A DNA stretch of 63,524 nucleotides, filler included, from Malassezia furfur (lineage: Eukaryota), in NCBI GenBank assembly GCA_052055015.1. It is 29 parts of 29 records of this genome, joined end to end, with 100 filler letters (N's around TTAATTAATTAA, not from the genome) between each part and the next. Parts side by side here need not be neighbours in the genome. Positions count along the whole stretch, not along the records: positions 33,455 to 35,546 come from JBQJIT010000982.1; positions 35,647 to 37,720 come from JBQJIT010000983.1; positions 37,821 to 39,893 come from JBQJIT010000984.1; positions 39,994 to 42,063 come from JBQJIT010000985.1; positions 42,164 to 44,226 come from JBQJIT010000986.1; 24 more parts are not named here. One strand, given 5' to 3'. Made by a program: the position numbers and the translations under genes. Below, one piece after another: positions 33,623-44,326 of the stretch (the stretch's first letter is position 1; each line of letters begins with the position of its first letter). The notes below the pieces were generated by a model. That model was not told the DNA's origin. It saw only the letters and a program-made list of their open reading frames with translations, and ran no database searches.

Positions 33623-35546
33623 ATGTCGCCCCCGCGGATGTACGTCGCCCATGCCCTGACCACAGCGTACTCCGGCCACCGGCCAACCGCGGGTTCCTCC
33701 AGGGCTACCCCGGCATTCCGCCGTCTGAGACGCGGCCGCCGGCACACCTCTCAGGCACCATCGAGGTCCAAGCGAGCGCGAAGCCGATCGAGGCCGCCTG
33801 GCTGCGGGTCGAGATGGCCAAGACGGAGACGCTTCCCTCGGGCGAGTCCTGGACAGAGCTCATTGGGCAGGGCCCGATGGACGTCTGGGCCGCTCAGGGC
33901 GGCGCCCACGTCGACGGCGAAGCATGGGCGCAGCTCCCTGGCGTACGTCCCACCGCCCTTCTGACTTACGCAGCGCTCCTTTCCTTTCCGTGTGCCGATC
34001 CCCGAAAAGCTGCCTGCGACGCTGCGCCTCGAGAAGAACGGCGGGATCCGCTACGAGCTGATCGCGACGCTGTGCGTCCGCGTGAAGAAGTACGTTGGCC
34101 TTGGCTCGCTCACACCACCAGAGGCTTCCTCCGCCGCACGCAGGTCAAGCGCACCGTGAGCGATATGCATGTCATCGTGCTCGAGAAACACGAGCTCCAC
34201 TCGACGTGGCCGCTGTACAAGTACGTCGCTGCCCGCCCTCACCCAGCGTGCCGGAAGAGTTTGAAGAGACCTCGGGGCTGTACCGCGTGCGTCTCTACCG
34301 CAACAAGCAGTCGTACGCGGCGCTCGACTCGGTCGACGTGCGTGTGATTGTGTACAGCAAGGCACCCACCCCGACGAAACTCAAGAGCATCAGCGTCGGC
34401 GTGCGCCAAACCGTCACCTACCTCCCGCAGGCCAAGGGCGACGTCGCGTCGAACGCCGCGCCGGGCACCGTCCAGCAGCGCTCCGAGATCATTGCGCAGA
34501 AGAACAAGAGCATCCGCAAGAAGATCAATCAGGACGAGTTCTTGATGTACGACCTGTCGGTGACGCTGCCCAAGTCGCGCACCCTCATGTCCGTCAGCAC
34601 CGCCAAGCACATCGAGATCGCGCACTCGCTCCGCGTCGCAGTCGAGATCGGCAAGGAGTGCATCGTGTTTGAGCGGCTCAAGATGCAGGTCTCGGCATTC
34701 CCCTCGAGCGTGAGCGCAGCGACCGTCGCACGGATCGGCAACGTCCCGCACCTGTGCCTCGACGATGGCGCACAACCATCGGCGGACAACGACGTGGCCG
34801 ACACGTACGCATCGCAGATGGAGCCCGAAACCGAAGAGCCGTCGCCTACACGCCCGCGCGCGCGCTACGACGAGTACGAACGGATGCTCATGGACGACGC
34901 CGGCAGCATCCCCCGCCTCCAGTCGGACGCGTCGTTCCTCGGCACGCCCACGCCGCGCGGTCCGCTCGTCTTCCAGGCGGAGCAGGGCTACTCCCCCACG
35001 ACCCAGTCGCCGCACGAGCCGGGCGCATACACACCCAACGGACGACCCACCTCCGTCGCGGCGCAGACGACGCTCATGCAGCTCCCGAGCAACTCGTTGC
35101 GCCCCGGCGACGTGCTCGCCTTCGACGGCGGCGTGACGCATGCACCCGCAACGCTCAGCCGCCCGGCATCGGTCGCCATGTTCCCGGCGACGCCGCGCAG
35201 CGACCGCTCGACCCGCCTGCGCGCCGCCTCGCCGACGTACGCCGAGCCGGTCCGCGTCGCGCGTTCGCCGCAGCTGGACACCGTCGCGTCACCGGCACCG
35301 GGACCCATGGAGGCGCGCCGGCCCATGAGCATGCAGCCAAATGCGCTGCCGCGCCGTGGGTTCGAGTCCGCCGAGTCGGAAAAGGTGCGCCTGTTTGAGC
35401 GCGCACGTGCCGAGGCCGAACGATACCAGAGCGAGTACGAGCACGGCGCTTCCTTCCCGGCAGGGGAGGCGGCCGACACGGCCAACGGGGCAGATGCAGC
35501 GCCGTCGGCCGCTGCGGCGGCTGCGGCCTCGACGGCCCCTCCGCCG
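33623..35546 (+). CDS. Basidiomycete arrestin-like protein (5' part); introns 33640-33665, 33943-33973, 34090-34121, 34221-34246
   Basis: Spliced MSPPRIVLRPP...FLQGYPGI...LSGTIEV...WLRVE..K.E, FPFRVPIPEKLP.T...GIRYELIATL and KHELHSTWP.Y; an Ig-like arrestin-N pattern. Confidence 0.65.
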
Positions 35547-35646
35547 NNNNNNNNNNNNNNNNNNNNNNNNNNNNNNNNNNNNNNNNNNNNTTAATTAATT
35601 AANNNNNNNNNNNNNNNNNNNNNNNNNNNNNNNNNNNNNNNNNNNN

Positions 35647-36733
35647 CGTCAGGCGAGGCGGTGGGCGGCGGCGGGGCCGCCGTGCGCTCCCCGACGTCCC
35701 CGGCCGCCGGCACGCCTAGCCGCGTATACGCCTCGACAAACGCACCGAGCGCCACCATTGCACTCGCATCGAACGCGTGCAGCATCGACCGCGCGTACCC
35801 CAGCGAGTGCGCGGCCCAGAAGCGCCACACGTCGTCGCCGACCTCCATCGCGAGCGACGGCGGCGACGCACGCAGCGCACGGCACGCGGCCGCATCGGCG
35901 GCCGGGGGATACGTCGGCAGCTGGCCCTGGGTCTCGTAGTACTTTGCCACAAAGTAGTGCAAAGACATCAGCAGCGAGGCGGGCGGGATGCGCGCGTCGC
36001 GCTCGTCCATATGCGGCCAGCCGTGCGCGTATTGGTTCCAGACCTCTTCGTCGCGCGGCGTCCACGCAAAGACGCTCGGCAGGAGGGGGCCGGGCGATTC
36101 AGACGCACTCGGCACGGGAGGAGCCGCCTCGTGCACACGCTGGACGGCGAAGCTAGGCTCCTCGCTTGCCTCGGCCTCTTGCCGCGCGTGCAGCGCCATG
36201 GCGCGGCGCGTCGTGCCGCGGTCCGTCCGCAGCGACGACGTCCGCTGAGAGTACGCGACAAGCCGGTCGAATTCACGGCCGACAAGCGGGATGCGCGACT
36301 GCATTGGGCCGCGCAATGCGCCACGCCGCCGCGATGGTTTCCAGTACGGCGACGCGCGCTCCACTGCGCCATCGACGAGCCGCTGTCGCCGGCGACGCAG
36401 CGCGGTTTCGGACGGCTGCGACGGGCCAGGCGCGTCATGTGGCGGGGTATCTTGACGGAGCACCATGGCCTGATACGCCAGGTCCGTCGGCTGGCTGCGC
36501 TTTAGCGTGGCTGGCTTGGGCGCGTCGTCTTCGGTCGATGCATCGGTGCGAAGAAGGGCCGCGTCCAGACCGAGGTCAGCTGGCGTGCCGAGCTCGACGG
36601 GTATATTGCGCACGCCGTACAGTGAGCGCACGCCACTCACATGGGCCTGCCCGGGCGGCGCATCCAAGCCAAACAGGGTCGACCAGCGCAGCGCCGCGAC
36701 GTCCCAAGGCGTACCTGTCCGCCGACCGGCCAT
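35647..36733 (-). CDS. Hypothetical protein with an Rrn10-like (Pol I UAF) C-terminal motif
   Basis: [18 protein letters not shown]...[18 protein letters not shown] resembles the Rrn10 pattern LP..DLLK.IHY.....FDE.AL.ALG..E. Confidence 0.5.
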
Positions 36734-36781
36734 GGAAGTCCCTCCACATGCTACGCAGATTCGGCGAATCGCTACGGCGCG

Positions 36782-37619
36782 TCAAGCAAAAAACAGCTCG
36801 CGGAGCTGCTTCATGGTGTCCTCCGGGCTCGTGACCGTGTGGCCGATCACACTCGGGTGCGAAAAGATCTCGTGGTCGTTGCCGCCCTTGAACGTCTTGT
36901 CCCCAAAGAAGTGGATCTCCTTGTAGCCGCCCGGCAGTGCCTCGTCGGTCTCCTTGAGGTGCTGCAGCGCAAACGTCTTGTCCCATCCCTCGGGGAACAC
37001 GTCGAAGCTGATCTGGCCGCCGATGCTGTAGGTCAGGCCATAGTCGGGGAACTCCTTCTTGAGCGCCTCGACAAAGTCGCGGCGAATGTGATGCTCGTTG
37101 TCGTAGTTTTGGAAATCGATGCGCTCCTGAATGCTGCGGGGTAAGCGCGGCGACGTACCTCGCGTTGCGCCCAATCGGGCTCACGTTCACCATACCGCGG
37201 CGGAACTCGACAAACGTGCCGCGCATGATCGGCAGGTCGAGCTTCGAGATGTACGCCAGGACAAACTTGACCAGCTTCTTGTACTTCTCCTCGCCGAGCC
37301 AGTTGATGAACGACTCGCTGGGCAGCTCCTTGCCCATACGGTACGCCGTCAGGCCGTTCTCGGCGAACCCGTAATCAAAGTCCTCGAGGACTGTGTGAGC
37401 GCTGCACGTACAGTTCTCCGCACCGGGCAGCTGCAGCTGCTCGCGGATCTTGTCGAGATCGCTGCCGCCCACAAAGCCGGTCGCGGTGTAGTCGCGCAGC
37501 TTCTTGAGTACGTCCAGCATCTCGGACGACACCGTCTGCCGTGCGGGAGTCAGCGTCCCATCCACATCAAATAGGCAAATGACGCCCGGATTTTTGCGCT
37601 GCGCGAGAGGAAGCACCAT
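36782..37619 (-). CDS. SEC53: Phosphomannomutase (HAD family); introns 37391-37411 (21 nt) and 37134-37158 (25 nt)
   Basis: [58 protein letters not shown] and FFGDKT..GGNDHEI. Confidence 0.97.
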
Positions 37620-37820
37620 GTCGGATAAGAAGGCTACGGAAGCGCAACCGTGCACGGCCCCGGACACGTTGCGTCGCTACACGGGGCCCTCACGTGACGC
37701 GTCTGGCCGGCGGGGGGGTGNNNNNNNNNNNNNNNNNNNNNNNNNNNNNNNNNNNNNNNNNNNNTTAATTAATTAANNNNNNNNNNNNNNNNNNNNNNNN
37801 NNNNNNNNNNNNNNNNNNNN

Positions 37821-38334
37821 CCGTCGTCGCGATCGCGGGCGCCGGTCCCGCCGCCGGCTCCGTGTCCGCCTCCGCCGCCGCCACCACGGGGCCGTCCGCG
37901 GCAAAGTGCGCCGTCGACCGGTGGCCATTGGGATACGCGGGCTCGGGAGCCTGCACGGACGACGCGGCCGCATGCACTTCGACGTACGACGGCGGCGCTT
38001 CGGCAGGCAGCCCCGAGAACAGCTCGGGCTTGTATGATTCCTCCGGTGGCGGCCCCGGCGGCGGCTGATTCGCGTACGCGGCCGATGTCGGCTGCATCGG
38101 CACCGCGGTCATGTACGGCTGGTCGGCCGCATAGCCGTACCCCGGCGTCATCGCCGGCCACACAGCCGCGGAATGCGTCGGCCGTCCAAAGGCGCCCTGC
38201 TGTGCCTGCTGTGCCTGCGATCGCTTGCGCCGCGCCAGAACGATGCTCAAGATGAACGCGATCAACGCCGCCACCGCTGTGCCGTGTCAGTTCTTTGCCT
38301 TCCACGCCCACGTACCAGCTATCAACAGAAACAT
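37821..38334 (-). CDS. Single-pass membrane protein with a Pro/Tyr/Gln-rich tail and PPSY motif; intron 38277-38315 (39 nt); start uncertain
   Basis: Hydrophobic MFLLIA|AVAALIAFILSIVLA, then RRKR stop-transfer and APPSY. Confidence 0.6.
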
Positions 38335-38707
38335 GGCGAGGCGTATCGACAGGGATCCAGGGCCACGTGCGTGGGGTCCAGGCCTGATCGGAGATCGGAA
38401 CCCCACCCCCGCGCCCCCTCCGCGCTGCCCACCGTCCGGTCGCCGGGCACCGTCGGGCGGCGCGTGGCGCCCGCTGCGAGGCACGTCGCATCGAAAGAAA
38501 CATGCAAGGAATTGGAGACGAGGCGGTGCGCCGTAGGGCGCACGTCATGACGCTATGCACAATTAACACAACCATCCGAGACCGACGACGCCGCGCCCCG
38601 CGCCGTCGCGTCACGGGCAGTAGCCGGCCCGAGGCGTGCGCATCTCCGCACGCCCAGAATAGATAGAGGCCGCCGTGTGGCGGCGCAGGTAGCACGCACG
38701 TATGCAA

Positions 38708-39185
38708 CTAGCTCTTGCTGGGGTTGTAGCTCGGCGGCGGCTCGACGGGTGGGGCGTACGGGCCCGTGCCTGTGCCGGTGGTCGCCGTGGTCTGGTTCCC
38801 CGTGCTCGGCGGCGGCCCCGACGGCGGCTGGTAGCCGCCCGACGGCGGCGGGCCGGGCGGTGGCTGGTAGCCACCCTGGGACGGGTAGCCGCCCTGGTTG
38901 TACGGCTGCCCAAAGTTGTTGAACGCCGGCTGCATGGGCTGCTGCTGCGGTGGACCCATGTAACCCGTGCTGTACCCCGGGCGGATGTATGGCGTGAATC
39001 CGCGGCGGCGGCGGGCGATGAATGCGCCGATGGCAAAGACGACGATGATCACAAAGATCGAGACGCCGATGCCTGGAGGTTAGGGGCCGTGCGGCCAAGA
39101 AGCACGTACCGATGCCTGCGCGTGCGCCGGTGCTGAGGCCGCTGCAGTTGCCGTAGTAGTCGCAGTTGCGGCGGTAGTAGCTCAT
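38708..39185 (-). CDS. Small single-pass membrane protein (Rcr1-like) with a PPPSY tail; intron 39073-39109 (37 nt)
   Basis: MSYYRRNCDYYGNC.GLSTGARAGI|GIGVSIFVIIVVFAIGAFIARRRR...PPPSYNPSKS*. Confidence 0.7.
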
Positions 39186-39602
39186 GCTAGTGCAAGAGAA
39201 CCTCTGGGGCCGAGGTGCGCTGCGCGGGCGTCGTGCCGAGGCTTGGCGCCACGCGCCTGTTCGCGGGGCCGGCCACGCGCTGCTTGATGACGTCACGAGC
39301 AAGGTATTTGCGCGCGCGTTCGGCGAATGGCGCGCGTCGCTGGCCCCCGCAACCCGCGGGAATTCCGCCACGCTGCGGGCACAGGGACAGACACAATTAA
39401 AGATCCTATATCGCCTTGTGCTATCGACGCCCGTGGGGGTGGATGAGTATTAGCGGAACGGCGCCGGCAGTCCTTCCCTGGGACACGTCCCATGAATGTA
39501 GAGCGGGGAGGAAACAAGGTAGCAGAGAAAATAAACGCCTCGCACACAAGGCAGGCTCATTACGTTTACGTTCGGGGCGGCAGCGCCCACCAGCCCGGGG
39601 GC

Positions 39603-39893
39603 TTACTTGGCCGACTTGCCGATGTGCAGCGCCTTCTTGACCTTTTGCACCAGGCCGAGCTTCTTGGGCTTGCCGGCGAGGTCCGTCGCGCCCTTCTTGC
39701 CCGTGCCCACGGCGTTCTTGGCGCCGCCCGTCACACCCGACGCGGCGTTCTTCGCACCGCCCGTGGCGCCCGACACGGCGTCCTTGGCGCCGCCCGTGGC
39801 GCCGCCCACGGCGTTCTTGGCACCGCCCGTGACGCCCGACGCGGCGTTCTTCACACCGCCCGTGACGCCCGTGGCCGCACCGGCGCCCGTCGT
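39603..39893 (-). CDS. C-terminus of an 11-mer (33-bp) repeat protein
   Basis: Five copies of (V/A)TGG(V/A)K(N/D)A(A/V)(S/G)(G/T), then a basic tail LVQKVKKALHIGKSAK*. Confidence 0.65.
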   Translation of the reverse strand, partial: TTGAGAATGVTGGVKNAASGVTGGAKNAVGGATGGAKDAVSGATGGAKNAASGVTGGAKNAVGTGKKGATDLAGKPKKLGLVQKVKKALHIGKSAK

Positions 39894-39993
39894 NNNNNNN
39901 NNNNNNNNNNNNNNNNNNNNNNNNNNNNNNNNNNNNNTTAATTAATTAANNNNNNNNNNNNNNNNNNNNNNNNNNNNNNNNNNNNNNNNNNNN

Positions 39994-41695
39994 CGCGTAC
40001 GCGGCGCTGTACGGCCCGACGACCGGCGACCGCATCCGCCTCGGCGACACGGACCTCTGGGCGGAGATCGAGCACGACTATGCGGTGTATGGCGACGAGT
40101 GCACGTTTGGCGGCGGCAAGGTGATCCGCGACGCGATGGGCCAGGCGAGCGGGCGCGCGGCCGCGGACGTGCTCGACACGGTGATCACGAACGCGGTGCT
40201 AATCGACGTCACCGGCATCGTCAAGGCGGACGTCGGCATCAAGGACGGGCGCATCGTCGGCATCGGCAAGGCGGGCAACCCCGACACGATGCTCGGCGTG
40301 TCGCCCGGCATGGTGATCGGCGCGTGCACCGAGGTGATCGCCGGCGAGGGCCTCGTCGCGACCGCGGGCGGCCTCGACTCGCACGTGCACTTCCTGTCGA
40401 TGGAGATGTGCGAGGAGGGCCTCGCGAGCGGCCTCACGACGCTGCTCGGCGGCGGCACGGGCCCCGCCGCGGGCACGCGCGCCACGACGTGCACGCCGGG
40501 GCCGTGGCACCTCGCGCGCATGCTGCAGGCGACCGACGCGCTGCCGATCAACATCGTGCTGAGCGGCAAGGGCAACGACTCGGCGCCGCGCGCGCTGCGC
40601 GACCAGGCGGAGGCGGGCGCCGCCTTCTTCAAGGTGCACGAGGACTGGGGCGCGACGCTCGACGTGATCGACAACTGCCTCGCGGTGTGCGACGAGTACG
40701 ACGTCGCGTGTGCGATCCACAGCGACTCGCTGAACGAGTCGGGCTTCGTCGAGAGCACCCTGCGCGCAATCAACGGCCGCGCCATCCACACCTACCACTC
40801 GGAGGGCGCGGGCGGCGGCCACGCGCCCGACCTGCTGCGCGTGTGCGCCGAGGCAAACGTGCTGCCCTCGTCGACGAACCCCACGCGGCCGTACTGCAGC
40901 GGCACCGTCGACGAGGCGCTCGACATGCTCATGGTGTGCCACCACCTCTCGAAGAACATCGCCGAGGACGTCGCGTTCGCCGACTCGCGCATCCGCCCCG
41001 AGACGATCGCCGCCGAGGACGTCCTGCACGACCTCGGCGCCATCTCGATGATGAGCTCCGACTCACAGGCCATGGGGCGCATCGGCGAGGTGATCTCACG
41101 CACCTGGCGCACCGCACACAAGATGAAGACGCAGCGGGGGCCACTCACCATCCCGGGCGAGCCCGCAGACACCGCGACGCGCGACAACGCGCGGATCAAA
41201 CGCTACGTGGCCAAGTACACCATCAACCCCGCGATCACACACGGCATCAGCCACGTCGTCGGCTCGCTCGAGGTCGGCAAGCTCGCCGACATCGTGCTGT
41301 ACCGCCCCGCCGACTTCGGCGTCCGCCCGGAGCTCGTCATCAAGGGCGGCCAGATCGTCCTCGCAAACGTCGGCGACTCGAACGCAAGCATCCCGACCGT
41401 CGAGCCCATGTACCTCCGCCGCACGTGGGGCTTCCAGCCCGCATGCGCCGCGCGCAACAGCGTCGCGTTCGTCAGCGCCGCGAGCCTCCCCCGCGTCGCG
41501 ACGTACGGCCTCCAGAAGCACGTCGAGGCCGTGCGCGGCTGCCGCACCGTGCGCAAGTCGGACATGCGCTTCAACGACGCGATGCCCGCCATCTCGGTGA
41601 ACCCCGAGACGTACCAGGTCTATGCGGACGGACAGCTACTCGCCGTGCCGCCCGCCACCGAGCTGCCGATGACACAGGCGGCCAGTCTATTTTAG
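39994..41695 (+). CDS. URE1: Urease (catalytic alpha domain; 5' truncated)
   Basis: [28 protein letters not shown], Ni ligands [35 protein letters not shown] and SSDSQAMGR. Confidence 0.98.
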
Positions 41696-42063
41696 CGCTG
41701 CGCACGCCGCACCGCCTGGTTGCGCACGCGCACGGGCAGCGCCGCCCAGTACGCGGCCTCGTCGGCGCCCCCGACGCGGCGCGCCGACACCAGCAGGGGG
41801 TCGGACGCAGCGAGCAGGCGCGTCGCCGCGTCCCGCGTCGCGCACCGCACATGCACCGCCGTACGTACGTCCACATAGTCGATGCCGTTGGGTACGAGTC
41901 GCGAGAACGCCGCGCGGTACGCCGCGGCCTCGACGCCGCGCGTCGGCGTCAGCGCGACCAGCGTGCCGACGGGGTACGCGGTGCCGTCCGCGAGCAGGGC
42001 CGTGCCGGGTGGCGGCGGACGTTGGTAGAGCGGAACGTGCGGGCGGCGCAGGCGCGCGCGCAC
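41692..42063 (-). CDS. C-terminal xRRM domain of a La-related protein (LARP7/Pof8/p65-like)
   Basis: YPVGTLV...IDYVD...VHVRC.T..AA...GGADEAAYW matches the xRRM signature (beta2 YVD, beta3 R, alpha3 E..YW). Confidence 0.65.
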   Translation of the reverse strand: MRARLRRPHVPLYQRPPPPGTALLADGTAYPVGTLVALTPTRGVEAAAYRAAFSRLVPNGIDYVDVRTAVHVRCATRDAATRLLAASDPLLVSARRVGGADEAAYWAALPVRVRNQAVRRAQR

Positions 42064-42163
42064 NNNNNNNNNNNNNNNNNNNNNNNNNNNNNNNNNNNNN
42101 NNNNNNNTTAATTAATTAANNNNNNNNNNNNNNNNNNNNNNNNNNNNNNNNNNNNNNNNNNNN

Positions 42164-44226
42164 TACACACGCGCCAGGTAGCGCCGCAGCGCGCCGACGC
42201 CGAGGCGGCGCTCCTCGCGTTCGCCGCGCGCCCGTCGCTCGTCGACGACGCCGCGTTCGTCCTCGCACACACCGACGCGCCGGACGTCTACTTCCACGTC
42301 CTCGGCGCGCTCCAAAGCCAGCTCCCGCGCATCGACGCGGACGACGCCGCACGCGACGTGCGCGCCATCACGACGCTCCGCGACTGGCTCCTCCAGGACG
42401 CCGCCGCCGCGCCGCAGCCGCCGTACGTCGCCGCGCGGCAGATGCGCACCGCCGTGCTCCTCACCAAGCGCGCAAGCACGCCGCCCGACGCCGCGCCGCT
42501 CGTCACGCTCGGGCAGCACGCCACGGCGCTCGTCCAGTCCGCCGCACACGCCGCGCTCGGCCTCCAGCTCGCCCAGGCGATCGCCGAAGACCTCGGCGCC
42601 GAGACGCCGCGCACGGACGACGTGCGCGTCGGCCTCACCGCCGACGCACACGCGTGGTGCCACGCCGTGACGCAGGTGCACGTGCTCCCGGCGCTCCTCC
42701 CGGCGGTGCTCGCGGCGCTCCACGACGCGCTCGGCGACATCGGCCGCCTCGTGCCGGCCGCCGACGCTGCCCACGCGCTGCTCGCGTGGAAGTGGAACGC
42801 GGCGCTGCCGGCGAACGGCGCGCAGCTCGCGCCCGCACAGCTGCTCGACGCGCACCTCGCATTGCTCGACGCGCGCCTCGCCTATGCCGAGACACACGGC
42901 ATCGGCGCCGCGTCGCATGCGCAGGCGCTGCATGGGACGCTCGCGGCCGTGCACCTCCTCGTGACGCACCTCGCGGCCGACAAGGCGGCCACGTACGTGC
43001 CGAGGATCGAGCGCGCGATCCGGCGTGCGTGGCACATCACGGCACCGGTGCTGTGTGCTGCGGCGCCTGAGGGCGGCGCCCAGGGGGACGACGGCGACGA
43101 CGGTGATGACGGCGACGCGAGCGACGACGACGATGCGGAGCCCACCGGCGCTGAGCCCACCGGCGGCGCTGCCCCCCCGGGCGGCGCTGTGGCCACCGGC
43201 ACGCCCCCCCCGGGCGACGCTAAGCCCACCGGCACGGCCTCCCTCGGCGCCCCCACCGAACCCGCGCCCGAGCTCCACCAGGCGATGCGCCTCGCCGGCT
43301 CCCTCGATACCCCCGCGTACCAGCGCATCCTCTCGTACGCATGGCGCGCCGTCAAGGAGGCCGCGGGCCTGCACGCGACCGTCGTGGGCGTGCGCGCCAT
43401 TGGCTCCGGCGCCGCGGACCGCGGCGCACTGGACGCGGCCAACGATCTGTTCCTCGACTGGATGCTGCGCATCCGGCACCGCGGTGCATTTAGCACCGTG
43501 TATCCCGCCTACACGCGCGCCGCCAAGGCACTACTCGCGCACGGCATCGACGCACCTACCGCATGGCTCGCGCAGCTGCTCGCGCGCCTCGACGCCGAGT
43601 GCGAGCAGGTGAGCACGACGCGCCGCAGCGCCGGCATCGGGTACGCGGTGCTTGCGCTGCTCGCCGCGCTCCCGAGCAAGCGCGCGGCGCCGCACGTCGC
43701 CGAGACCGTCGCCCAACTCGAGCGCATGTCCCACAGTCCGCATCCCGTGCGCACGATCCACGCACTGAACGTCGTGCGCGTGCTGGTCATGGATAGTACG
43801 CTGGCGCCGGCGATGCGCGCGCACCTCGGCACGGCGCTCGCGCGCGCGGTCGCGTGCTTTGTGTCGGCGCACTGGGGCGTGCGCAATGCGTCGATGATGC
43901 TGTTTTCGGCCGTATGTACGCGCTACTATGGGATCCATGCGCTCTCGCCCAGCGCCGGGGGCGGCGGCGGGCGGCGCACGCTCGATGCGCTGCTCGCGAC
44001 GTGCCCGGCGCTCGGCGAGGCGCTCGTCGCGACGCTGGCGCGGGGCGCCGAGCACGGCCAAGGGGGCACCGAGCACGGCTCCGCCCTGTACGCGTCGCTC
44101 CTCCTCCTTAGCACGCTCGGGGCCGACCAGGTGGCGGCCACGTCGCCCGCCGCCCTGCTGCTCGCGTCGCTGCGCACGTCCGTCGCCAGTGTGGCCCGTG
44201 CGAGGTCGTCGCGCACGACGTCGAGG
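42164..44226 (+). CDS. TRM732: THADA/Trm732 (DUF2428), internal fragment
   Basis: ILSYAWRAVKEA, LRIRHRGAF, TTRRSAGI, IHALNV and WGVRNASMMLF. Confidence 0.88.
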
Positions 44227-44326
44227 NNNNNNNNNNNNNNNNNNNNNNNNNNNNNNNNNNNNNNNNNNNNTTAATTAATTAANNNNNNNNNNNNNNNNNN
44301 NNNNNNNNNNNNNNNNNNNNNNNNNN

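Noticed and set aside
39994..41695. Urease as a bacterial contaminant or horizontally acquired gene
   Set aside because: Urease is normal in basidiomycete yeasts. No ureD/E/F/G operon follows, and the neighbour is a eukaryotic xRRM gene.
12203..42063. Apparent telomerase gene cluster (Est1-like, TERT, Pof8/LARP7-like)
   Set aside because: The three genes lie on separate contigs ordered by size, so their proximity carries no linkage information.
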